A stretch of DNA of 64,000 bases from an uncultured Bdellovibrionales bacterium (GCA_964406815.1 CAYOTC010000002.1:7906-71905); one strand, 5' to 3'. Counted from the stretch's first letter, positions 1-10,854 are shown. Notes: a model not told the origin generated them from the sequence alone. Numbers and translations: made by a program.

Positions 1-1
1 A

Positions 2-532
2 ATAATAGAAAAAAAATATAGAAAAATCACTTTAGCGGTTATTTTTTTATCAATAGTAATCGTAGGCTTTCCCAGTCCTGTTTCTCAGAGATTTTTTTCT
101 ATTTTTGATTTGAAGGAAGGGTCTAATCTTGGCCGTATGGAGACATGGAAAAAAGCCATAGATATTGTAGCTTCAAATCCAATAATAGGAGTTGGGATTG
201 GCAACTATCCGCTTGAAATTAAGCCTACAGCCGATTACCGGGAGCCTATTTATGCGCATAGTGTCTATCTTGATGTTGCGGCAGAAACAGGAATTATCAA
301 TGCATTGATTTGGATGAGCGCACTTTTTTTAGTGTTTTTTTCTTATTTAAAAAAAGCAAAAAAGGATTTGATATATTTTGGGTTGGCGCTTAGTGTGTTT
401 ATTTTTTCTATTCATTCTATCGTTGAGACAGCTATATATTCTCAAACTGTTTTGGCTTTATTTTTGATGATAGCAAGTTGTGATGCGGTTTCTTGTAAGG
501 AAGATATTAATTACCGAAAAATATGTCCATAA
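2..532 (+). CDS. O-antigen ligase (Wzy_C) family membrane protein, 5'-truncated by window edge
   Basis: Frame open from base 2. Motifs SNLGRMETW, PIIGVGIGNY and YAHSVYLDVAAETGI are typical of Wzy_C/WaaL. Confidence 0.8.
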   Translation: MIEKKYRKITLAVIFLSIVIVGFPSPVSQRFFSIFDLKEGSNLGRMETWKKAIDIVASNPIIGVGIGNYPLEIKPTADYREPIYAHSVYLDVAAETGIINALIWMSALFLVFFSYLKKAKKDLIYFGLALSVFIFSIHSIVETAIYSQTVLALFLMIASCDAVSCKEDINYRKICP

Positions 533-1725
533 GAAAAACTTTTTTTGAGAGATTTATTTATTTGATAATATTTTTATTACCAACCTATCTTATAAAGATA
601 AGATTTTTTGAATTTTCGACAAATATTTTGGAAATAATCATCTTTATTTTTTTGTTGTTTTATTTTTCAAAAAAAGAAAGAACAAGAGAATTCTTTTATT
701 TTATAAAAAAGTATCGAAGTCTTTTTTTTGGAATTATTATTATTTTACTAGGAACAACAATATCCATAGTGATGAATGAAAAATATTTTGTCGGGATGGG
801 GATATTGAAAGGGTGGTTTTTAATTCCAATTTTATTTAGTTCAGTTTCGATTTCTTTTCTAAAAAGAGAAGGGATTAAAAAGATTTTTTTAAGCTATTAT
901 CTTTCTTCTCTAGTTGTTTCGTTAATTTCTTTAATATATTTTTTGCTAGAAGAAATAACTTTTGATGGTAGATTGGAAGGAATTTTTAATTCACCGAATT
1001 ATTTGGCAATGTATCTTGCGCCGGCTATGATTATCGGATTTATAGGTTTTTATAAAAATAAATCCAATATAGTCGAAGATGGCTGGAAAAGCGTAAACAC
1101 TGTTCATCTGATTACGATAATTATTATAATGATTTCTTTTTATTTAACCTATTCTTATGCGGCTTGGTTTTCTTTGGGATTAGCTATCTTGATATTTTTT
1201 ATTCTAAAAAATCACTTAAGTAAAAAAAACATATTTTTGATTATTTTAATTTTTGGAATCCTGCTTGTTTCTCAAGGCGATTCTTCGAAGCTTAAGAATG
1301 TGTTTATTGGAAATGGACGATCATCTCTTGATTCAAGAATTATGATTTGGCGATCAGCTGGAAAAATGATTGAAAACGACGGATTTTTCGGAATTGGACC
1401 GGGAAATTTTCAAGAAAAATACTTAGAATACCAAAAATATTATCCTCCATATCTGGAATGGGCCGTTCCTCATCCACATAATATTTTTCTCGCCTTTTGG
1501 CTTTATTCGGGAATATTGGGATTAATCGGTTTTTTTTGTATTCTTTATCTATTTTTTAAAAAAATATTTCTTAGAAAAAATAAAACTGCAATAATCTATA
1601 TGGCACTATTGATTATTATTGATGTATTGCTTCATGGATTTTTTGATACGACATATTTTAAAAACGATCTCGCAATTGTTTTTTGGATAGTAATCTTATT
1701 TGGATATTGTCATGAAAATGATTAA
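523..1725 (+). CDS. O-antigen ligase family protein
   Basis: Multi-TM. Motifs RLEGIFNSPNYLA, SRIMIW, GIGPGNF, HPHNIFL, HGFFD. Confidence 0.85.
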   Translation: MSIRKTFFERFIYLIIFLLPTYLIKIRFFEFSTNILEIIIFIFLLFYFSKKERTREFFYFIKKYRSLFFGIIIILLGTTISIVMNEKYFVGMGILKGWFLIPILFSSVSISFLKREGIKKIFLSYYLSSLVVSLISLIYFLLEEITFDGRLEGIFNSPNYLAMYLAPAMIIGFIGFYKNKSNIVEDGWKSVNTVHLITIIIIMISFYLTYSYAAWFSLGLAILIFFILKNHLSKKNIFLIILIFGILLVSQGDSSKLKNVFIGNGRSSLDSRIMIWRSAGKMIENDGFFGIGPGNFQEKYLEYQKYYPPYLEWAVPHPHNIFLAFWLYSGILGLIGFFCILYLFFKKIFLRKNKTAIIYMALLIIIDVLLHGFFDTTYFKNDLAIVFWIVILFGYCHEND

Positions 1726-1731
1726 AACTAA

Positions 1732-1769
1732 AAAAAACAAACGAGCGCGAATAACGCTCGTTTGTTTTT
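1732..1769. terminator. Bidirectional intrinsic terminator between convergent genes
   Basis: Hairpin aaaacaaacgagcg-cgaataa-cgctcgtttgtttt with A/T tracts on both sides. Confidence 0.75.
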
Positions 1770-1785
1770 CCCAAATAAATCTTTT

Positions 1786-2946
1786 TTATAATGTTATTCT
1801 ATAGAGCTTGTCATCATAGCGGTTGATAAAAAATAGGATTCCTTCGTCTGGGCTTAAAAACAGCTCTTTGGCATCATATTTGTCTTTTATTTTATCAAGA
1901 TCTATTATTCTTTCTTTTTCTCCCGAAGAAAGATTTATTTTCCAAAAAGTATCAATAGAATTAAATTTTCCCTCATTATAGTCATTGGGCATTATTGATG
2001 AATCAGGAATTGATCCGGGAAGAGCGTAATAAACGGTTTCACTGTCTTTTGACCAAACACATTTAGATATTATCGTAGGAATATTTAAAGCTTTTATTTC
2101 CCCTCCATTTTCATTTAGAATAAAAAGCTGTATTTTATTGCTTGCTTCTTCATTAAGGCGACTCATTAATATTTTTGTTCCATTGTTATTCCACAAATAA
2201 TCTGCTCCATAGCCATTATTAAAAATAATCTTTTCTTCGCTTCCAATTATAGAAATTTTTTTCAAGATTGTTTCAGAATAAGCATCAGGTTTATTCCAAA
2301 AAGAAACCGAACCTGTTTGAGGAATTTGAGCAATAGAGATATTTCTAAAAGATATATCCGTTAATTTTTTCCAGTTTTTCCCGTCGGGATCGGCTATATT
2401 AAGAGTTCTTTGTTTTGTAGATGGTTCAAAATGTTTATAAAATATCTTATTGTTGTTTTTATGCCAAACTATCTCGTCTATATTATCTTTTAATTGAACT
2501 CCTTTATTTTCAATATAATCATAATAATAAAAACGAGGAATCATTTTTAGATTAACAAATTTAGATATAACCTTACTTTTATCGCTTGACCAAAAAACAT
2601 TGTTTAAACCGATAAGTTCTTTTTCGGAAATAGCTCTTTTTCCGTTTCCTTCAAAGTCTATTTGAAATGCTTTGCCATTATTTTTTGAATAGTATTTTAT
2701 TGTATTTCCATTTTCTGAAATTATCGGAGAAATAACAGCTTCGTCTGAAATAAGAGATATTTCTGAAGAAGATGATTTTTTAATAATACCCGCTTCTTCA
2801 GAATTATTTTCTTCCTCAAGGGTATTTTCTGAAATTTCTTCTTTTGAAGCGTCGGATTTGAAGGAAATGTTATAAACTCCCCAAAAAAGAAGGGACAAGC
2901 AAAAAACCAATAAGGAGAGAAAAAACATTTTTTTTATCCAAGCCAT
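1786..2946 (-). CDS. Membrane-anchored TolB-like beta-propeller protein
   Basis: N-terminal TM, then repeated W-S-x-D/SPD blade motifs (WSSDKS, WSKDSE, LSPDEG). Confidence 0.6.
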   Translation of the reverse strand: MAWIKKMFFLSLLVFCLSLLFWGVYNISFKSDASKEEISENTLEEENNSEEAGIIKKSSSSEISLISDEAVISPIISENGNTIKYYSKNNGKAFQIDFEGNGKRAISEKELIGLNNVFWSSDKSKVISKFVNLKMIPRFYYYDYIENKGVQLKDNIDEIVWHKNNNKIFYKHFEPSTKQRTLNIADPDGKNWKKLTDISFRNISIAQIPQTGSVSFWNKPDAYSETILKKISIIGSEEKIIFNNGYGADYLWNNNGTKILMSRLNEEASNKIQLFILNENGGEIKALNIPTIISKCVWSKDSETVYYALPGSIPDSSIMPNDYNEGKFNSIDTFWKINLSSGEKERIIDLDKIKDKYDAKELFLSPDEGILFFINRYDDKLYRITL

Positions 2947-2990
2947 AAAATAAAATTTAAAATAAAAACGAGACTTTTATTTTTACTTTC

Positions 2991-3722
2991 CTAAGGTCGA
3001 AAAAGCTCATTGGCTCCTTTTTTCAAACAGTCAATGGAGGTTGATATGAATATATTTCTTCCAATAATAGAGTAATTGATGGAACTTTTTTGATCATTGG
3101 GAAGTTTAATTTCGGTGTATCTGGCCAAACCATCTTTAAAAATCAAATTCTGGCTTAATTCTGACGGAGAAAAAACAATCTTTGGAAAAATAATATTATG
3201 TAAATCTTTGAGTATGGTATTCTCCCATTTTTTCATATCGATTGAAATGGAATATTCTGGGGATGAACTTTGAGCATCGTTTTCATCAATTGTTTGGGTG
3301 TTTAGTTTTATGCCAAAATCAATCGACTTTTCCGGATAGTAGCAAGAAAAAAACTGGTAGTCGTCGGGAATAATTTTTTCTGATAATTCTTGTCCCATAC
3401 TAAATTCGAGTGCCGGCATGGTTGTGTTTAAGGAAATAGAGCTTTTATTCGGATCAATTATTTCTGTGTGTAAAAAACCTTCAAAAGTTTTTTTTGCTCG
3501 GGAATTTGTGACAAATGTTTCGAATTGTTTTTTTATCTCTACATCAGAAAGCGGGGGTTGTTTATTTTCAGAAATAGGTAACCCTTGAGATGTCCCCAGG
3601 TCTTCTTTTGAAATTTCTTCTTGTTGTGTGTTTCTGTTTTGAAAACTGTTAAAAATGGAAAGAGCTGTTGCAGAAACAACCAAAATAATAACTAAAAGTA
3701 TGAATATTTTCTTTTTTGACAT
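2991..3722 (-). CDS. Membrane-anchored hypothetical protein (paralogous domain to 25108-26265)
   Basis: N-terminal TM. C-terminal SINYSIIGRNIFISTS resembles SIDYTTYGNLLIIGTS of the 385-aa ORF. Confidence 0.6.
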   Translation of the reverse strand: MSKKKIFILLVIILVVSATALSIFNSFQNRNTQQEEISKEDLGTSQGLPISENKQPPLSDVEIKKQFETFVTNSRAKKTFEGFLHTEIIDPNKSSISLNTTMPALEFSMGQELSEKIIPDDYQFFSCYYPEKSIDFGIKLNTQTIDENDAQSSSPEYSISIDMKKWENTILKDLHNIIFPKIVFSPSELSQNLIFKDGLARYTEIKLPNDQKSSINYSIIGRNIFISTSIDCLKKGANELFRP

Positions 3723-3731
3723 AATAATAAC

Positions 3732-4655
3732 TTATTTACATCCGCACTTGGCATTGTTAACACTGGCGTGTATGTGTTTTGTGTGTCCTATCGAGAGGTC
3801 TGTTTTTCCAGAAACCCATTCTTTATTATTAAAATAAACAGTATCAAAACCGCATTCAACAGCTGCTTTGGCAACAGGCTCATTGTTTGCTGAGTCAATA
3901 TCTGCCGCTTGAGATGTTCCTTTGCAGTTTTGTCCTCCAAAGTGGCAGGAATTTTTAGCATGAATGCAATAGCCACTTCCCACATAACTATTAACACATT
4001 TTTCACACCAATCGGGTTTGCTTACTGTAATGCTGGTTATTTTTGCTCCGACATTTTTTCCTTTTAAACATGCAAGTTTATGAACTAATTCAGGAGAAGT
4101 GAAATTGCAAACATCAGGAGATGTTTCGCTAACAACTACTTCAAGTTCGCCACAGCCATTATTTGTTGGAGCACAAGTGAAAGATGATGGTGTGGTTGAG
4201 GAAGATGCTCCAGCAGTTGAATTAGGGGCGGTACTGCCTTTTGTTGAGGTTGTTTTATCACAAGTAAAAATATTCCATTTGACAACCCCGATTCCGAGGT
4301 CGGTTTTTACTGCTAAGAGCCAAATAGTCACACTTACCATCAACCAAGCGGATTGAATGACCAAAAACCCTATAAGAGAGGCGGTAATAAATTTCTTAGC
4401 TTGTTCCTTGAGACTGGTTCCGGCAGAAATAACATACATCGCTCCGGCAATGGTTATTCCGGCAATGGCAAATAAAGTCGCAATGTTTCTTACCCACAAA
4501 ATAAAGCCGTTTATTCCGATTATGAAATGGCAAAGGGTACAAATATCTTCTCCCGGTCCTCCGCAAGGAACTAATCCGTCTGCAAAAGCGGAAAGAGGAG
4601 CGAGTAATGCTAAAAGGGAAAATAGTACAAAAAATTTTTTACTAAAAAATGACAT
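3732..4655 (-). CDS. TrbC/VirB2-like pilin with Cys-rich C-terminal putative M15-type Zn peptidase domain
   Basis: Signal peptide, GLVPCG..CTLCH, two TM helices with GxxYxxSAG...AKxxIxxxxIG. C-terminus has SCH...AAD and HIH. Confidence 0.65.
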   Translation of the reverse strand: MSFFSKKFFVLFSLLALLAPLSAFADGLVPCGGPGEDICTLCHFIIGINGFILWVRNIATLFAIAGITIAGAMYVISAGTSLKEQAKKFITASLIGFLVIQSAWLMVSVTIWLLAVKTDLGIGVVKWNIFTCDKTTSTKGSTAPNSTAGASSSTTPSSFTCAPTNNGCGELEVVVSETSPDVCNFTSPELVHKLACLKGKNVGAKITSITVSKPDWCEKCVNSYVGSGYCIHAKNSCHFGGQNCKGTSQAADIDSANNEPVAKAAVECGFDTVYFNNKEWVSGKTDLSIGHTKHIHASVNNAKCGCK

Positions 4656-4679
4656 TTTTTATTTTTTTTCGAGTTTATT

Positions 4680-5303
4680 TTATTTAAAATTTTGTAAATT
4701 CATCTCAAGCAAATCTGGGTTTAGCGTTTTTAATAATAAATAAGCAATAAACGCCAGAATAAGTCCGGCAATGGCATCGGTAATGAATTTTTTGGCTTTT
4801 CCGGTACTACTTGAATTTCCGGCGCTGGTAATATACATAAATCCTCCAAGAGTAATCATAAGAAGGGCGGCGATCCCAATTGTCCAAAGGCCGAATTTAT
4901 AAATTGCATTTATATATTCAGGAAGATTCGTTGAAACACCTTCAAAACCGGGTATTTTTTCTAATAAAGTATATGTATATCCAGAGGATTTAGGGGATAT
5001 TTTTTTCCCAAAATCAGATTTTATTAAAGTATTTGCAATTTCTTCTTGACTTGCGTTCTTATTATTATCTATGAAATCATTTATTTTAGCAGTGGTTTTT
5101 TCTCCATATTCCTTTCGACAAGAATTTAAAAAAGCAGTTTTATCGGCATCTGTCTTAATTTGTTTTAAAATTCCCTTAGAAATCATTAAATTCATCATAT
5201 TTTCGCAATCATCAGCATAGACTGTTGGAACTAAAAAAAATAACAAAATAAAAACATTAAAAAGAGCGAATGTTATATTTATTTTTTTTTCATTAATCAC
5301 CAT
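4680..5303 (-). CDS. TrbC/VirB2-like pilin family protein
   Basis: C-terminal GGFMYITSAGNSSSTGKAKKFITDAIAGL...LLKTLNPDL matches the CPR pilin pattern. Confidence 0.7.
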   Translation of the reverse strand: MVINEKKINITFALFNVFILLFFLVPTVYADDCENMMNLMISKGILKQIKTDADKTAFLNSCRKEYGEKTTAKINDFIDNNKNASQEEIANTLIKSDFGKKISPKSSGYTYTLLEKIPGFEGVSTNLPEYINAIYKFGLWTIGIAALLMITLGGFMYITSAGNSSSTGKAKKFITDAIAGLILAFIAYLLLKTLNPDLLEMNLQNFK

Positions 5304-7725
5304 ATTCTTTTGTTTTTGGAGTAAAGGAAAAAATTATTTTTATTATAAATACTATTAATCCTACCGAAATAATCGTTTTTAGGAGAAAAGCGATATAAGA
5401 AGGCAAGCCGGAAATAACCGTGGCAAATATTTTTTTTGTGGTTGGTTTTTGAGAAACATCAGATGACAAATCTCCAAAAAAGCTGTCAACCATATTTATT
5501 CTTATCGAATCGGAATATTGCTTCTCATAGAAATTATTATAGTTTACTTCATAGTATTTGTTAAGCGCTTTTTTAGTATTAACATCTTGAGTGTAGTTAG
5601 CTACTACGCTTACATCGTAAAATTCATCAGTATTTTTTCCAGGAAGAATAAGGACATTATCTTCAATTTGATAATTAGTTCCATCAACCAACTCATTATT
5701 AACATACCATAGGTAAGTGGTTTTTGCAGAGCTTCCACCGCTTGGAACGGCACGAAGCTTTATTTTGTTATTAGATAGAGCTTCAAAATTGTCCTTGTCG
5801 TAATCAGGATATTCCTTTCCGTCAAGATCTGTAAAATGACCCAAGAGTTTTCCTCGAGAAGTGTTTTGATCAGCAGATATTATTTTTATTTCCGGCTCAA
5901 CAATTGAAAAATATCTCGAAAGACTTATTTTCTCGCCATTATTCTTATTAATTGCTTCCAATGTAGCTGTGAAGTTTTTTCCAACTTCTTTTAATATTGG
6001 GAAAAATGAAAGATTCTTATAACTTTCATTATTTGTTCCGCAAATATCGGGAAATACGCATTCAATCGGTTTTCCATCTATTTTCCAGCTAAAATCGTTA
6101 AAATCGGAAGAATCGGAAATTTTTAATGCGATAAGTTCATTTTTATATACATTACAAATTGATTCTGGAAGAGCGTTTGTTTTTCCATTAGAATTTTCTT
6201 TTAGACAAATCTCTTTTTCATTTATAGTGGCATTGGAGAGATTTTCTGAAACAGAAGCAGTATATATTTTGAGATATTCGGAAGACGATATTATAGGGAG
6301 AATAGTTTCAGTAGTGCCCCTGTCGGTGCTTTTTTTTGATTTTGGATTAGTAACTGTGACCCGAGCTTTTATGTATTTATTATTCTTTATAATATCTTCC
6401 TTGAGGTTCATATTAAACTTGAAAGTGTTGATTCCAATTCCGCTTGTTTGGGATGCGTTTGGAAGCTTGCTTTTAATAAGGGCCGTTCCCCAGTCTGTTG
6501 GATTCATTGATTCGGCTAGAAAAATTTCCCATTGATAATTTAAATAGGATTGATCGGAAACATTAGAAACGGATGCAATAAAAGAAAGTTCGTCTCCAGC
6601 TTGTCCCTCCGGAGACGCATCGTTAATAGGTGAAGACGGACTACTAATCAGGCTAATATCTATTTTTGAGTTTATCCCAGTCTCTTCCGAAGGAGAGATA
6701 AAATTATACATAAGGCATTTTTTATTGAAATCGCTAACTTCTTTTGGGATAGTTTCACATTTATTTTTTAAAAGTGCCCACATTGTTTTATAGGAAGAAT
6801 CATATTCTTGGACTGTATCACTTGATATTCCTTCAACAACAACCCCTATCTCATCATCAGCTAAATATATCCAGGAAAATTCTGTAGCCCCAAGGCCAAT
6901 GATAGTAGCCTCATCAACTGTGCCGACCCCAGCCGTATCCGGATCGTCCGGATTAGATTGCCAGAAATGTTCTTTGGAAGCATCATTTTCATCAAAAAGA
7001 CCTTTTCCCATTTGGCCGCCATCTTTTCTTATATTTCCACTTGCATCCATTGAATAAGAGGAGGGAAATAAGTGGCCACAGTTAGGTAATTCTTTATCTT
7101 TGCCTGTTTTTACATCATGGTAAAAACAATATTCTTTTTTTCCGCCTTGATCAGCTCCTCCAGTAGGAGCTTTATAGGAATCTCCATCAGCAGAGAGTCC
7201 TTTACTTCTTCTTTCTTGGGAGGAATAAATCGCTCCATTTTTATCATACCCGCTGTTTACTCTTATTTGAGCCGCTTTTATTTTATAATCTTCTATATCA
7301 ACTATTTCGTCTTCATTAAGGTCGCAAATTTTTTTTATTCTATCTCTTGTTTCTTTACTGGCTTCTTTATAGGCGCTTTCTTTTTCGTATTTTTTGCATT
7401 CCGCATTACGCAGATACCAAGTAAAGTATAGATTTTTAAAATCATTCATAAAATACATCGGCATAGCTGTAGCAGTTATTTTTTCTCCCGGAATAGGATT
7501 TTTCGGACTAAAAACTAGGGAAACTTGGGGTGGATTTTTTTTGAAATTGGAAACATTAAATGTTTGTGCGGTATCTTTTACTGAATCTTTTTCTATACCT
7601 AAATCTTCAAAAATATCATTCATGGCTTCTCTTGGGTCTATCAAGCTACTACCAAGAGCAAAAACACCAGAAATGTTAGAGGTAAAAAAGTATACAAGGA
7701 AAACTGAAAGAATTATTTTTTTCAT
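5293..7725 (-). CDS. Large secreted/surface protein with Ig-like segments and C-terminal TM
   Basis: 810 aa with signal peptide, YFTW/YQW/YLWY Ig-like strands, a DLNEDEIVDIED Ca-binding-like loop and a C-terminal hydrophobic helix. Confidence 0.6.
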   Translation of the reverse strand: MKKIILSVFLVYFFTSNISGVFALGSSLIDPREAMNDIFEDLGIEKDSVKDTAQTFNVSNFKKNPPQVSLVFSPKNPIPGEKITATAMPMYFMNDFKNLYFTWYLRNAECKKYEKESAYKEASKETRDRIKKICDLNEDEIVDIEDYKIKAAQIRVNSGYDKNGAIYSSQERRSKGLSADGDSYKAPTGGADQGGKKEYCFYHDVKTGKDKELPNCGHLFPSSYSMDASGNIRKDGGQMGKGLFDENDASKEHFWQSNPDDPDTAGVGTVDEATIIGLGATEFSWIYLADDEIGVVVEGISSDTVQEYDSSYKTMWALLKNKCETIPKEVSDFNKKCLMYNFISPSEETGINSKIDISLISSPSSPINDASPEGQAGDELSFIASVSNVSDQSYLNYQWEIFLAESMNPTDWGTALIKSKLPNASQTSGIGINTFKFNMNLKEDIIKNNKYIKARVTVTNPKSKKSTDRGTTETILPIISSSEYLKIYTASVSENLSNATINEKEICLKENSNGKTNALPESICNVYKNELIALKISDSSDFNDFSWKIDGKPIECVFPDICGTNNESYKNLSFFPILKEVGKNFTATLEAINKNNGEKISLSRYFSIVEPEIKIISADQNTSRGKLLGHFTDLDGKEYPDYDKDNFEALSNNKIKLRAVPSGGSSAKTTYLWYVNNELVDGTNYQIEDNVLILPGKNTDEFYDVSVVANYTQDVNTKKALNKYYEVNYNNFYEKQYSDSIRINMVDSFFGDLSSDVSQKPTTKKIFATVISGLPSYIAFLLKTIISVGLIVFIIKIIFSFTPKTKEYGD

Positions 7726-7742
7726 CTTCTTAAGGTTAAAAT

Positions 7743-8402
7743 TTATCTTAAATTAGCAATCAAATAAGCATCTAATATTATTATAGATAAAAATCCAGAA
7801 ATATACGAATATAAAATTGATTTGCTCAAATAGCTTGTTAATCCTCCAGTGGTGGCCAGGATTAGAAATGGAAGCATTTGCCAAGAAAATGATTTTGTTA
7901 ATAATAAAAATAAGGCAAAAACGATAAATTGTATCAAAATTGCAAAAGATCCAATTGATTTCTTGAGAGAAAAAAGCATAAATCCCCGGAAAAAATATTC
8001 ATTAAAGATAAGATATAAATTCACAAAAACAATTTCATAAAGAACAAACGTCCAGAATTTTGAAACAACAATTTCCGGTAGTATATAGTTTTTAGAAAAA
8101 TTAGAATATTTGAAGAGAAATAAAAAAATAATCAGATTTAAAATTAAGGCACTGATTGATAGGATTACTCCTGTTTTTTTGTTTCCTAAGCCGATGCCGT
8201 ATTCAGTAAGTTTCTCTTTGGTTATGAATTTTATAAAAAGTAGAGGCAATAATATGAGAAAAAACAATCCCTTTGTTAGGGCTTGAATTGATCCTGAAGA
8301 GGGGAAAAAAATAAACAATGCCAAAGAAAAAATAATCACAACTAAAGAAGCAATTTGTTTATTTTTTTCTTTATAAAAATTGAAATCTAATCCCGGATTC
8401 AT
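7743..8402 (-). CDS. CPBP (CAAX/Abi)-like intramembrane protease, degenerate motifs
   Basis: Multi-TM. NEYFFRG resembles the EExxFRG motif, but the canonical His residues are not evident. Confidence 0.55.
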   Translation of the reverse strand: MNPGLDFNFYKEKNKQIASLVVIIFSLALFIFFPSSGSIQALTKGLFFLILLPLLFIKFITKEKLTEYGIGLGNKKTGVILSISALILNLIIFLFLFKYSNFSKNYILPEIVVSKFWTFVLYEIVFVNLYLIFNEYFFRGFMLFSLKKSIGSFAILIQFIVFALFLLLTKSFSWQMLPFLILATTGGLTSYLSKSILYSYISGFLSIIILDAYLIANLR

Positions 8403-8422
8403 ATTTTTTATTACTAAATAAA

Positions 8423-8932
8423 CTATCGATCATTATCCTGCCTTTCTTTAAGGGTAAGAATGAATGTTATGATTACAGTTATTGTTTGAATGGGTAGAAA
8501 ATTTATACCTAAAACTAATTCCATAGCAGTTCCTCCAGCCAGTGTTCCGTATTTTTTGACCAAGGAATTGGCGTTATTTTTTTTGGATGAGGCGCCGGCT
8601 AAAAGGAGGGTAAAAAAGATTAAAACTGAAGCCATAAAAGTTATCAACCATCCGATTCCAAAAAAAATAATTCCAAAATAATCAAAAATATCTTTCAGGG
8701 CTGCCATAGCAAGCGCGATTCCGAACATCCAATCAGTAAAAGGATTGAGATAAGCTGCAAGACTTATTGCTTCTTTTATTCCTTGTTTTTTTTCTTTTAA
8801 AACAGAACTAATTGCGCTTTTTTCATTTTTCTTTTTTTCTTCCTCTGAATTTTTAACAGGCATATTTTTGTCTGTATTGTCTCCATTTCTAATTTCCTCA
8901 AGTCTTTTTTTGTGTTCTATTTCCTGTTCCAT
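8423..8932 (-). CDS. Hypothetical membrane protein
   Basis: Charged N-terminus followed by 3-4 TM segments; in operon. Confidence 0.6.
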   Translation of the reverse strand: MEQEIEHKKRLEEIRNGDNTDKNMPVKNSEEEKKKNEKSAISSVLKEKKQGIKEAISLAAYLNPFTDWMFGIALAMAALKDIFDYFGIIFFGIGWLITFMASVLIFFTLLLAGASSKKNNANSLVKKYGTLAGGTAMELVLGINFLPIQTITVIITFILTLKERQDNDR

Positions 8933-8978
8933 AAGGTCAAATCTTAGTTAATTCATTTTCCGATATATCAAAAAAAAA

Positions 8979-10823
8979 CTATTCCAAGCCTTCTTCATCG
9001 GCAAATTCTCTTTTGGCTTGTTCAATTTCCAGAAGTTGGGAAGGATCAGTGGTAATTATCTGGTCTTCGGAATATGATGCTAATATTTTGATAGCAGCGT
9101 GTTTGGCGCCGGCAAAAAATATGCCTTCTCCGACATTGCTTTCAAGAAGAAGGAATTTTTCCTGATCAGTAAGATAGAAAGTTTCAGAAATAACGTCAAT
9201 TCCGGCCGGAGATTGCTTGAGAAGAAGTTGCAGGGAGGAGTTGGTAACGATAGCTTTTCCATAACGGGAAGTTAAAAAGTCATTTACATCCTGAGTAATT
9301 GTTGTTAGTCCGGTATAATATTTACGACAACGCTTGGCAACGCCGAACAAAAATGATGCTGCGTCGTCATATTTCATCATAACCCAAGCTTCATCAACCA
9401 TAACCAGGCGACGTTTACGATTAGCCCGCATTTCATTCCAGATGAATTGCAAAATCACATACATTGCAATCGGTCGCAAAGATTCTTCCATATCGCGGAT
9501 ATTGAAGACAACCAATTGGTTATCTGTTTTTATGTTGGTCGGATGATTCAGAAATCCGGAAAATACCCCTTCGGTATATTTTTCCAATCTTACCGCCAAA
9601 TCATCTCCCCCATCCATACTTTTAAGAACTTGATATAAATCAGACATTGTCGGAAAAGATTCTTTTGGAATGGAATTAAAATCAGTCTCAATAGAAATGT
9701 CACGAATAGCATAAGTTTCATGAACGGCTCGATCCAGGATAGAATCTTCTTCCGGAGTTATGTTTCCAAGCATAATATGAAGAAGTCCGAGCAGATTGGC
9801 GATATTATTTCTTAGGATATCTTCCTGATTTTCGTCTTCTTTGACTTGGGGTAAGTCAAATGGGTTGATGTGATCGCTGGAATTAAGAGAAATTCGGATA
9901 AATGTTCCGCCAACCGTGTCGCAAAGATGCTTGTATTCATTTTCCGGATCAATGATAATAACTTCCGTTCCAAGCATTAAAGAGCGAAGGACATCAAGTT
10001 TGACGGCATAACTTTTTCCGGCTCCAGATTTGGCGAAAACAACCATATTGGCGTTTTCCATCTCAAAACGGTCGAAAATTATCAAACTGTTGTTGTGGCG
10101 ATTGATTCCATAAAGCACTCCGGTGTTAGTGGAAATAGTTGAAGAAACAAAGGGAAAAGTGGTTGAAAGCGGAGCGCTGTTCATATTTGTTCCACTATTC
10201 AACTCGTCATTAGCTAGAGGGATTGTTGAGTTATATCCTTGCTCGGTTTTAAAAATTGCCGGTTTGACATAAACCAATTGGGCTTCCAAAATAGCTTCTA
10301 TGCTTTTCATTATCTCCCCCACTTCTTTTTCAGTATCTCCATAAGCGGTAATATATAGTCCGAATTTGAAAAATTTCTCCGTTCCTTGTTGGAGTTTATC
10401 GCGGAGTTCCTCAATATCTTGAATGGCGGTTTCAAGGACGGGATTTCTGATAAGTCCTTTTTCCTGTTCGATATTGATTTGAGATTCGACTTGCGTGGCG
10501 CTTTTTTTCAGGTTTTTTAATATATCATAAGTTTCAATTGGATGAACAAACATCGCTATATCAATCGGCATATCGATATTTATAATAGGAGAAAACCAGT
10601 TACTCTGGAGATATCTTGGATAAGCCATAGCAAAAAGTGTTCCGGCATAAGTCTGACCAACCTGGATATATTTCGGAGAAATGTTTATAGCGGCCGGCGC
10701 CAAAAGATCCTGGAGTTTGGCTAAGCCTTCCTGGTATATTTTTTCCGAGGCGATTACTTCATCTTCAATCTGTTTTGATTGGACAGGCGACGTCTTTTTT
10801 TGTTTTCCAAAAAAATCAAGCAT
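8979..10823 (-). CDS. VirB4/TraC-like type IV secretion ATPase
   Basis: Walker A AKSGAGKS, IIDPENEY, Walker B MVDEAW, RKYY..TTITQ. Confidence 0.9.
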   Translation of the reverse strand: MLDFFGKQKKTSPVQSKQIEDEVIASEKIYQEGLAKLQDLLAPAAINISPKYIQVGQTYAGTLFAMAYPRYLQSNWFSPIINIDMPIDIAMFVHPIETYDILKNLKKSATQVESQINIEQEKGLIRNPVLETAIQDIEELRDKLQQGTEKFFKFGLYITAYGDTEKEVGEIMKSIEAILEAQLVYVKPAIFKTEQGYNSTIPLANDELNSGTNMNSAPLSTTFPFVSSTISTNTGVLYGINRHNNSLIIFDRFEMENANMVVFAKSGAGKSYAVKLDVLRSLMLGTEVIIIDPENEYKHLCDTVGGTFIRISLNSSDHINPFDLPQVKEDENQEDILRNNIANLLGLLHIMLGNITPEEDSILDRAVHETYAIRDISIETDFNSIPKESFPTMSDLYQVLKSMDGGDDLAVRLEKYTEGVFSGFLNHPTNIKTDNQLVVFNIRDMEESLRPIAMYVILQFIWNEMRANRKRRLVMVDEAWVMMKYDDAASFLFGVAKRCRKYYTGLTTITQDVNDFLTSRYGKAIVTNSSLQLLLKQSPAGIDVISETFYLTDQEKFLLLESNVGEGIFFAGAKHAAIKILASYSEDQIITTDPSQLLEIEQAKREFADEEGLE

Positions 10824-10854
10824 AAATTCTTATTACTTCGTGTTTTATTTGATA

